The notes under the pieces: model-generated
What the model saw: the letters and a program-made list of their open reading frames with translations, nothing else
Database searches by the model: none
Told to the model about the DNA's origin: nothing
Translations under genes and position numbers: made by a program
Assembly: GCA_963847985.1 (NCBI GenBank)
Contig: CAWKBS010000009.1
Span: forward strand, 59,470-123,469
Length of the DNA: 64,000 bases
Source: an uncultured Actinomycetes bacterium
GTDB lineage: Bacteria; Actinomycetota; Thermoleophilia; Gaiellales; Gaiellaceae
Direction of reading: 5' to 3'
Shown here: positions 35,836 to 44,747 of the stretch, in pieces
Position numbering within the stretch: the stretch's first letter is position 1
How the letters are laid out: the number at the start of each line of letters is the position of its first letter

Positions 35836-38666
35836 GTGTCGAGTTCGCTGCGCCAGCCAACCTCTGCGGCTCCAGCTTCTTCGCCGGCTAGCGGCAACGG
35901 CAAGTCAAGCGCGGACTACGACGGCTTCATCTCGTACAGCCACGCCGTCGACGGACGGCTCGCGCCTGCCCTGCAAAGAGGCCTGCACCGGTTCGCCAAG
36001 CCGTGGTACCGCCTGAGAGCGCTCCGGGTCTTCCGCGACGAGACGAGCCTTTCCGCGACTCCAGAGCTTTGGCCCTCGATCGTCGAGGCGCTGGACGGCT
36101 CCCGCTGGCTCATCCTGCTCGCTTCGCCCGAGGCCGCCGAGTCGCCGTGGGTGAACGACGAGGTCGCGCACTGGTGTGCCACGGACTCGAACGAGAAACG
36201 CGTCATGGTGGTCGTGACGAAGGACGATCACGAAGGTGGCTTCGACTGGGAGACATCGACTGCCGTCCCGCCTGCTCTCCGGACGGCTCTCCCGTACGAG
36301 CCTCGCGTCGTCGACCTGCGCTGGGCGCGCGAGGATGGCGATGTCTCGCTCCAGAACGCGCGCTTCCGCGACGCGGTCGCCGACGTCGCGGCTCCGTTGC
36401 ACGGACGGGCGAAGGACGAGCTTCACGGCGATGACGTGCGGCAGCACCGACGCTCGAGGCGCCTCGCGAGTGCCGCGGCGGTGGTCCTAGGGATACTGGC
36501 GCTCGCCGCGACGATCGCCGCAATCCTCGCCGTCCGCGCGTCGAACCGCGCCGAGGCCGAGGCCCGCGTCGCCACCTCAGTCGGTTTGGCCGGCCAGGCA
36601 GTTGGTGAGTTCGACACGCGGCTTGACCTCGCGCTCTTATTGAGCCTGGAGGCATATCGAGTCGAGCCCACGTTCGAGGCTCGGCGCAGCGGGCTGACCG
36701 CTGTGCAGCGCAGCGCTCGGATGATTCGAGTACTGCGAGGCCACGAGGGTTCGGTGCCTAGCGTCGCCTTCAGCCCGAACGGGGAGACGCTCGCCTCGGC
36801 CGGTGGGGACGGGACGGTCAGACTCTGGGACGTCGCCGAGCGCCAACCGCTGGGCGAACCCCTCATCGGCCACGAGGGTACGGTGTGGAGCGTCGCCTTC
36901 AGCCCGAACGGGGAGACGCTCGCCTCGGCCGGTGAGGACGGGACGATCAGACTCTGGGACGTCGCCGAGCGCCAGCCGCTGGGCGAACCCCTCCTCGGCC
37001 ACGAAGGTTCCGTGTCGAGCGTCGCCTTCAGCCCGAACGGGGAAACGCTCGCCTCGGCCGGTGGGGACGGGACGGTCAGACTCTGGGACGTCGCCGAGCG
37101 CCAGCCGCTGGGCGAGCCCCTCCTCGGCCACGAGATTGCCGCATGGAGAGTCGCCTTCAGCCCGAACGGGGAGACGCTCGCCTCGGCCGGCCTGGACGGG
37201 GCGGTCAGACTCTGGGACGTCGCCGAGCGCCAACCGCTGGGCGAGCCCCTCATCGGCCACGAGGGTCCGGTGTCGAGCATCGCCTTCAGCCCGAACGGGG
37301 AAACGCTCGCCTCGGCCGGTGGGGACGGGACGGTCAGACTCTGGGACGTCGCCGAGCGCCAGCCGCTGGGCGAGCCCCTCATTGGCCACGGGCTTGCGGT
37401 GTGGAGCGTCGCCTTCAGCCCGAGCGGAGAAACGCTCGCCTCGGCCGGTGACGACGGAGCGGTCAGACTCTGGGACGTCGCCGAGCGCCAGCCGCTGGGC
37501 GAGCCCCTCATCGGTCACCAGATTGCCGCACGGAGCGTCGCCTTCAGCCCGAAGGGGGAGACGCTCGCCTCGGCCGGTGACGACGGGACGGTCAGACTCT
37601 GGGACGTCGCCGAGCGCCAGCCGCTGGGCGAGCCCCTCCTCGGTCACGACGGTCCGGTGTGGAGCGTCGCCTTCAGCCCGAAGGGGGAGACGCTCGCCTC
37701 GGCCGGTGACGACGGGACGATCAGACTCTGGGACGTCGCCGAGCGCCAGCCGCTGGGCGAGCCCCTTCTCGGCCATGAGGGTGCGGTGTTGAGCGTCGCC
37801 GTCAACCCGAACGGGGAGACGCTCGCCTCGACCGGCTACGACGGGACGGTCAGACTCTGGGACGTCGCCGAGCGCCAGCCGCTGGGCGAACCCCTCCTCG
37901 GCCACGAGGGTGCGGTGTGGAGCTGGAGCGTCGCCTTCAGCCCGAATGGAGAGACGCTCGCCTCGGCCGGTGACGACGGGACGGTCAGACTCTGGGACGT
38001 CGCCGAGCGCCAACCGCTGGGCGAACCCCTCATCGGCCACGACGAGTACCGTGCGGGAGGTCGCCTTCAGCCCGAACGGGGAGACGCTCGCCTCGGCCGG
38101 ATGACGACGGGACGGTCAGACTCTGGGACGTCGCCGAGCGCCAACCGCTGGGCGAACCCCTCATCGGCCACAAGGGTAGGCTGTGGAGCGTCGCCTTCAG
38201 CCCGAACGGGGAGACGCTCGCCTCGGCCGGTGACGACGGGACGGTCAGACTCTGGGACGTCGCCGAGCGCCAACCGCTGGGCGAGCCCCTCATCGGCCAC
38301 GAGGGTACGGTGTTGAGCGTCGCCTTCAGCCCGAACGGGGAGACGCTCGCCTCGGCCGGCCCGGACGGGACGGTCAGACTCTGGGACGTCGCCGAGCGCC
38401 ACCCGCTGGGCGAACCCCTCATCGGCCACGAGGGTACGGTGCAGGAGGTCGCCTTCAGCCCGAACGGGGAGACGCTCGCCTCAGCCGGCGAGGACGCAAC
38501 GGTCAAATTGTGGGACAGCATTCTCTGGAGTGACGACTTCGATGCCTGGCAGGATCGCCTGTGCGACATCGTGGCGCGGAACCTCACCCTGAGTGAGTGG
38601 GGGGACTTCCGCTCCGGCGCACCGCCCACCAGGACCTGCCCGCAGTGGCCGATCGAGCCCGAGTGA
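35836..38666 (+). CDS. TIR domain / single TM helix / 14 x WD40 repeat protein (two 1-nt frame disruptions in blade 11 as given)
   Basis: GTG 35836 after GGGAGGG. TIR motifs YDGFISYSH, FRDETSL and SRWLILLASPEAAESPWVNDEV. RQHRRSRR plus a 23-aa hydrophobic helix. The WD40 array spans three frames: track ORFs 35836..38316, 37910..38104 and 38310..38666. Confidence 0.8.
36739..38516 (+). repeat. tandem array of 14 near-identical 129-nt (43-codon) WD40 units
   Basis: The period was verified at unit starts 36739, 36868 ... 38424 (GGCCAC). Unit 10 carries +6 nt and unit 11 carries +2 nt. Consensus: GHxxxVxSVAFSPNGETLASAGxDGTVRLWDVAERQPLGEPL[IL]. Confidence 0.9.
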
Positions 38667-38952
38667 TTCGGCGGCAGCCGAGCCGTCTCGGCAGCAGAAG
38701 GGGCGCCAGGCCGTCGCACAAGCTCGACTCCATATGGGGACCGCTGGCTCTCCGGCGACTAGTGGCCGGCTTCGTCGGCCGGGGGAAGGCGGGGGCCGAC
38801 TCGAGCAGTCGTGTCGCGTATGCCTCTGCCGCCTTAGGAACCCATGCAGGTGCGTCTAGGCTCTCCTTGAGCGCTTCGCGCGGTCGACGACACACTGAGC
38901 GCGCCAGGCATCCACGTATGCGCACCGACGGCGCCGCTCATACGGTGAGAGG

Positions 38953-38988
38953 GAGGAGGGGCGCACCGAGCGAGCGCGCGCCCTCCTC
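38953..38988. terminator. GC-rich hairpin between convergent genes
   Basis: GAGGAGGGGCGC...GCGCCCTCCTC imperfect 11-bp stem, read directly. No clear U-tract. Confidence 0.3.
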
Positions 38989-38994
38989 GCTGTC

Positions 38995-41693
38995 CTACTT
39001 CTCCTTGGGCGGCTTCGCGAGCTTGGGGTCGATGAGATAGCTGAGACCGCCGACCACGCGGCCGTCGACCTTCGCCAGGATGCGGATCATCTGTCCGCCT
39101 TTGAGCTCGCTCGGCTTGAAGGGCCTTCCCTCCTTGAGCACCGTCCTGATCGCACGGCTCTCCCGCGCCGTGAGCGTCAGCGTCCGCGTGCCCGTCCACT
39201 CGAGTTTCAGCTCCCAGCCGCGCCTCCGGAGGAGGGGCGGCAAGACCGGCTCGAGGACCATCTTCACCCTCTTCTCGAACGGGTTGTGCGCCCAGAACCT
39301 CCGCTTCTTGAAGGACGCGACGAGCCCGAGCGTTGTCCCCGCGACAGGCGCCACGTTGCGTTGGCCGATGTTGTTGTCGTAGGGAACGAGGCGCCAGTGT
39401 GGAGTCGGCCCCAGGGCACACGGCCGGCCGGAGGCCGCGTCGATGTTGCTCAGATCGCCCGTTGTCGTCGCCGTGGCGAGCAGGCACTCGTGACCGACCA
39501 CGGTCGGCGTCCACTCGAACGGGCCGACGAGGACAGTGCCGCCGGGGCCGATCGGTGCCCCCACGGGCAGCTCGGGCGTCGTCGTCGCGACCCAGTCGGC
39601 AGGCCAGACGAGACCGGACGCGGGGCGGCAGTGGTAGCACCGGACGGTGACGGTGGTGGCGGTCTGTGTGCCGCGGTTCTTGACCTTGACGTAGAGGAAG
39701 TTGGGCCGGCCGACGATCGGTGTCTGGTGGACGAGGCCGGCGTCGGCGGCCAGTCTGTTCCAGATGTCCTGGTTCTCCCAGAACACCTCGCGGTAGGGGT
39801 ACTCGCCGTGCCGCCCGTCGTCGATGTAGACGTCAATGTCTGGTGGCGCCCCGACCGTCGTCACCGGGGCCGGCGCGCCCGCGGGCTGGTAGAGGCCCTG
39901 CTTCTCGAACGCCCAGCGGATCACCTTGGCATAGGCGCCGCCGGGCTGGCCCTCGAAGCTCGCCGAGGCGGTGTCCGCCGTCTGTAGCGCGGTCGCGAAG
40001 ATGGTCGCCGTCGGTGTGGCTACGATCGGGCTCTGCGCCAGGCTGCCGATCGCCCGGACGATGAGATACGCCGCGTACCGCGCGCCGAGACGGCGCATGC
40101 TGACGTTCGTGGAGTCGCCGCCGATCGAGCGGTAGAACCGAAACAGGCTCGTCGAGAGGATCTGCTCGCTCCCGTAGTCGGCGCTTCCGTTGACGGTGGG
40201 GCCGTTGTCGTTCGGCCCTCCCCACGCCCATGACGCCACCGGCCGATCGTGGCGCCTCATGACCACCGTCCAAGGGAACGTGCGGAAGCGGTCGGGCGCG
40301 AGGGAGCCCGGGTCGTTCAGGATCGCCGCCAGGCTGTCCCCGGCGCTGTGGGCGAACCCGAAGTTCGCGGAGTTGACGCTGTCCCAGAGCAGCGCATGCC
40401 CGAACTCGTGCAACACGACGCGCCAGTCGCAGGCGATCCCGACGGGCTGCCCGCTCGCCTGGAGGGCGAAGCGGAAGCCGTCCGAGCCGGTGCCGCCTGT
40501 ATTCCCGGGAGCAGAGGCGTTGACGCAGTTCCCATTCGGACACTGGGTTCCGATCGTTGCCCGGTGATCGACGCGCACCGGGAACGTCGTCCCGTTGAAG
40601 TAGGTCGAGATCGTGAAGCCCATGCCCGCGACCATCCGGAAGAGGGCGTCGCAGTGGTGGTAGGCGTTCACAGCCGCGAAGTTGTCGGTCGGCACGGAGT
40701 AGTTGAAATTGCCGGTCGACGTCGGCGGCGCCACGGTCGGCGCGGTGATGTCCACGAGCTGGACGTACTGACCCGTCAGCGTCTGCGGGCTCGCCGTCGT
40801 CAGGCCCTGGAGGGTGACGGTGTCGCGGTGCGCGTCGAGCGTCGCCGCGGGGGAGGCGGGCGTAATCGTGGCGTCTCCCGTCTTGGTGAGCGGATCCCTT
40901 AGATAAACGGCGCCGTCCACCGCGGCGACGAACGCGCGGAGGTACAGCACCCCGCCCGTCTCGGGCTCGACGAACGAGCGCCAGTTGATCGGCTCCCCCC
41001 AGCCGCGGATGGAGGCGGTGAAGAGGACTTCCGTCACGACGTAGTGTCGATCGTCCTTGATCCCGTCCGGCACCGGCGGCAACGGGAGCGACGGTGACTC
41101 GAAGTGGAGTTTGCCGCCATCATCGTCGTCCGCGGGCACGAGCTCAGGGTCGAAGCGCTGGAGCGCGTCGTAGCGGTAGACGAGGAGCCGCGTGCCGTTG
41201 ATCTTCACACCCCCGCGCCGGCCCTCGAGACCGAGGAGCGGCCGCAGCGTCTTCGGGGTGATCCCCTCCGGCAGGAACGGCGCGTCGGCCGGCGGGCTCT
41301 TCGCGTCGATCTCCGTGTGGATCGTGCTGTTCGAGCTTGTCACGCGCGGGGGCTTGTCCTGGAGGACCACCGCCACCCCGGCCTCCCACACCGGCAGACC
41401 GAGGTACGTCTGCTGATAGGAGATCAGCGCCGTCTCCATGACGGACTTCTCGTCAGCGAAGTGCAGCGCCGCACCCTCCCCTTCTGCCAGCTCGTCGCCC
41501 GCGCTCGCGTCCACGTCCGCCAGCATCGGCTTGGTGAGCCCGTACTCCTGCGCCACCTCGGCGACGTAGTCGGCGGCCACCCCGCGGAGGTCCTGTCTGG
41601 GCTGAAATAGGGCTGGGCGATGTGCTCGATGTGCCGAGCGACGCCCTGCTCGTCGTACTCGACAGTGACGTTGGGCGTGATCTCAAAGGCCAT
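38995..41693 (-). CDS. large thermolysin/fungalysin-like HExxH metallopeptidase homolog without signal peptide (frame break at C4 run 41580-41583)
   Basis: Track ORF 38995..41580 (VVLHEFGHALL...FAHSAGDSLA; FTP-propeptide-like YQQTYLGLPVWEAGVAV; CARDB-like NFLYVKVKNRGTQTATTVTV). The first 38 codons of ORF 41424..41693 (MAFEITPNV..., ATG preceded by AAGGAGG) join it if one G is added. Confidence 0.7.
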
Positions 41694-42152
41694 CGACTAC
41701 CTCCTTGCTGATGAGCGCGGCGGGACGCGTTCCCCGCCGACAGGCGGGTGGTCAACCGCATGGATCTTGCGCCTGGCACACCTCCGGACTTAGAGGGCGC
41801 CGCAGAGGCTCCAATCCATACCACTTTGGATCGGTCGAAGAAAGCTCGGCCGTGCCTGGCGGGTTCGCGACCGAAGCCTTCCGCGGCTGCGCTGGCTGAG
41901 CCGTCAATCGGCGCGGGCTCGAACGGGCGGGCGCGGCGCTGATCCGATGGGCTGCCTAATGCCACGCTGAACGACGCCGCCAGGACGACCGTCACTCCCC
42001 TGGGTAGCGCCAGAGCTCCGCGCTTCACACGAACTTCATTAGGCACAAACACGTCATAGCCGATTTGCGATTGCGAGGCGACACTTATGCAAGGCAAGCG
42101 AACCCCGCCCGCTGATGCTGGGGAACCCTGACGAAAGGACGTTGAAGTAGCC

Positions 42153-42434
42153 CTGCATGAGTTCACGATCCGCATCGAGACTCCGCCGGGCACCGAGTGC
42201 GACGAGGAGAAGGCCGCGCAGGTGGACGATGCCATCGAGCCGCGTCCAGAGATCACTTCCGTGACAACGGATCACTCGAGCCAGTCGGGCACGATCTCGT
42301 CGACGTTCCGTGTGCGAGCGCCAACCGTCGACGACGCACAGGAGATTGCGCTACGGGCCTTCACCGCCGCCCTGTTGGTCGCGAGCATCAGCAGCGAGCA
42401 CGGTTGGCTGCTCGTTGAAGTAGCGGGCCCCTAG
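42153..42434 (+). CDS. small hypothetical protein (70-93 aa)
   Basis: Track ORF 42222..42434. High GC3 extends upstream to CTG 42153 (frame open from 42132). Sequence: LHEFTIRIETPPG...FRVRAPTVDDAQEIALRAF...WLLVEVAGP. Confidence 0.35.
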   Translation: MHEFTIRIETPPGTECDEEKAAQVDDAIEPRPEITSVTTDHSSQSGTISSTFRVRAPTVDDAQEIALRAFTAALLVASISSEHGWLLVEVAGP

Positions 42435-42995
42435 GCGCGCGAGCGCCGGGTGGTTCCTTCCACCGGCCTGCTGCCAAACGGTCACCGGATCGGAACACCG
42501 TGACTCTCCCCGCTGCGTTAGCTTCGCTGAGTTCCTTCGCTCTCGCCCAAGTGAGAGGGGACATAGGGCGAGTGTCGGCTCGGCGTAACCCGGCGGACCG
42601 CGCTGCCAGGCGCCGCCCTTAGCCGGGCCGACACCCTCCGTCTTCTCGCTGGCGGAAAAGATCGGGAGCCGGTTGACTCCCTGAGACTTGCGCCCTCCTC
42701 TTTGGCTGACGCCTAGAGAGCCGTTGGTGACGTGCCCGCGAGCCCGGAGACGCGCAGCCGCCATTGAATCTCAGCCTCAGAGCCTGGCGGAAAGTCGACG
42801 GCCATCTCGTTTCGCCCATCCCGCCAGGTGAGGCGGTCCAGGGTCCGGGCGAGGACGTAGCCGATCGCCAGCCCGGCAAGGATGAACCCGAACGCGTTAG
42901 GGACAGTCCGCACCGGCGGTGAAGTCTATGGCGTTCGGGCCTGAGCTGGTGGCCGGAGGGCGGGGCTGCACGCCCTCGCTTCCGAAACGACGAAA

Positions 42996-43018
42996 CCCCT
43001 GCGCCTGCGGGGGGTTTT
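42996..43018. terminator. hairpin plus T4, degenerate copy of the tRNA-Gly-proximal hairpin
   Basis: CCCCTGC-gcct-GCGGGGGG-TTTT, preceded by AACGACGAAACC as at 44493. Confidence 0.35.
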
Positions 43019-43584
43019 ACTGAGAGGGGGCGAGCGTTCCAAGAACACTCACATCCCGCTGTTCAGGCCGTGTCTCAGGCGTCTTGGCTACGGCGCACTT
43101 CCGCTGCGAGAACCGGTGAGCGCCTGAAACCGCGATCTCCGGCTTGAGTCGCCCTTGCCTGTCCACCCAGGGGCCGGGTCCGCGGGGCGTCGCGCGGGCC
43201 TTAACACGTCCGCGCGGACCCCCTAAGGCCTCGAAATCTCACAGCAATCGTCTGCAGGGCGGCGGCGCGCGGGCGGCGGGCCCGGTTGACCGCGGCGGCC
43301 GCCGACCCCTCAGTGTGAGCCGAGGAACGAGCACGCTGCGACCTAGCCCGGCACCGCGTGGGCCCAGCAGACGTCGGAACCGACAGGAAGGTTGTGATCG
43401 GGGAGACGCGGCGTTCATCCGATAGACGTCATCGATTCGTTGACGCAGTTCACGGTCGAAGGCGGGATCGGAGGCAGCCAGCTGAGATGGAGGGTGCATC
43501 GTCACTCATTCCTAGACGGGCGGCGTGCTCAGCGCCCGACACGACCGAATGGCCGCATGAGATCGACGAGATCATTCCAAAATC

Positions 43585-43821
43585 GGCGAGTAGCTCGCCA
43601 CGCGCGCCTGGGGCCACCCACTCTGGGATCTCCTGGGCGCTCGCCGCCGGATCCCGCCGAGCGACGTCGCCCGCTTCGGCGGGACGAGCGTGACGATGCT
43701 CGAGCGCACCTACGCGCACCTGCTCGAGGGGAGCGCCGAGGCCGCGAGGCAGCGGCTCGACGCGTTCACCAACAACGCCGCCCACGAGGCGGAAGAGGCA
43801 AGGCATGAAAGGGCTATGTAA
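43585..43821 (+). pseudogene. tyrosine recombinase (integrase) C-terminal remnant, frameshifted and 5'-truncated
   Basis: Own translation gives ...ATHSGISWALAAG in one frame, then IPPSDVARFGGTSVTMLERTYAHLLEG...* in the next. This is box II (HxxR...Y) with the catalytic Tyr. No N-terminal or core domains lie upstream. Confidence 0.5.
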
Positions 43822-44197
43822 GGGCCGCGTAGAGGTCGACCCGTACACCGTCGGGGTCGCCGAGCAGGGCGTAACGTTGGCCCCAGAAGGCGTCCCACGG
43901 CTCCTTCTCGCCTTCGAAGCCGGCCGCGACGACGCGAGCGTACACCGCGTCGACCTCGGCGGCGCTTGCGCATTCGAACGCGAGCGAGAGTTGGTTGCCG
44001 TTCGCCCGCGTCCAGCCGGGAAGGAAGCTGCGAATGACCTCCTCGGTGTCGAACATCAGACGCGTGCCATTCGCCATCGTCGCCTCGACATGCCCCTCGG
44101 TGGGGTCGTCCGGAAGCTCGAGCCCGAGCAGACGGTAGAACTGCACCGAGCGTCGCAGGTCAGCCACTGTGATGCCGATCGCGTTCAGGTCGGCCAC
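43814..44197 (-). CDS. VOC / glyoxalase-bleomycin resistance family protein
   Basis: IGITVADLRRSVQFYRLLG...FWGQRYALLGDPDGVRVDLY. 127 aa. Confidence 0.8.
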   Translation of the reverse strand: MADLNAIGITVADLRRSVQFYRLLGLELPDDPTEGHVEATMANGTRLMFDTEEVIRSFLPGWTRANGNQLSLAFECASAAEVDAVYARVVAAGFEGEKEPWDAFWGQRYALLGDPDGVRVDLYAALT

Positions 44198-44502
44198 ACG
44201 ACAACGTTACACGGGCGTGTCGTTCGGACGTTGGGGCCATCGGGTGACATCCCGAACACTGGCGCACGCCGGCGTGCTCGCGCTCGGAGCAGGACGGACA
44301 GAGAACGGTCTCGCCTGGCCTACTCTCGGCCGGAAGCCAACAGCGGACACAGTGGAACGCCACCCCGCCATGTTGCCTGAAACGAGAACGCGAACCGAGG
44401 GAAAGAAAGTGCGGACGAGAGGCACGTCGAGTACTACCGTCAACGTTTGGGCCACTAGCGGGCCACGGAACGGGCGCCCGCCGCGCCCCTTAGACGACGA
44501 AA

Positions 44503-44528
44503 CCCCCGTGTCTGCGGGGGTTTTCTTT
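44503..44528. terminator. hairpin CCCCCG-tgtctg-CGGGGG followed by TTTTCTTT, abutting the 3' end of tRNA-Gly
   Basis: Read directly. The U-tract is on the plus strand and the A-tract on the tRNA side, so it may act bidirectionally. Confidence 0.5.
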
Positions 44529-44530
44529 AG

Positions 44531-44603
44531 AGCGGACGACGGGGCTCGAACCCGCGACCCTTGGCTTGGGAAGCCAATGCTCTACCAGCTGAGCTACGTC
44601 CGC
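44531..44603 (-). tRNA. tRNA-Gly (anticodon CCC)
   Basis: Hand-folded cloverleaf: GCGGACG-TA-GCTC-AGCTGGTA-GAGC-A-TTGGC-TTCCCAA-GCCAA-GGGTC-GCGGG-TTCGAGC-CCCGT-CGTCCGC-T. 73 nt, CCA not encoded. Confidence 0.85.
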
Positions 44604-44747
44604 CTGCGTCGAGCACGATAGCACCGCGCTGGAGCGCCAATAACTCATCGGAGGGATGGCCTCCGGGGTGCCTATCGACGACGATATGAGGGAATTCTGA
44701 CGTGCGGTGTGCGGCCACCACCCGCCGGCTTGCTGGAGGTGTCTGCC

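Noticed and set aside
36739-38516. Regular 129-nt repeat array considered as a CRISPR or non-coding satellite
   Set aside because: There are no unique spacers between units. The units are contiguous, in frame, and encode canonical WD40 blades.
42713-42913. 66-aa minus-strand ORF with one hydrophobic segment (FGFILAGLAIGYVLA)
   Set aside because: It is possibly a small membrane protein, but I see no SD, mixed codon bias and no recognisable family. The support is too weak to annotate.
44169-44621. 150-aa plus-strand track ORF
   Set aside because: It runs through the terminator hairpin and the tRNA-Gly gene, has poor coding bias and no motifs.
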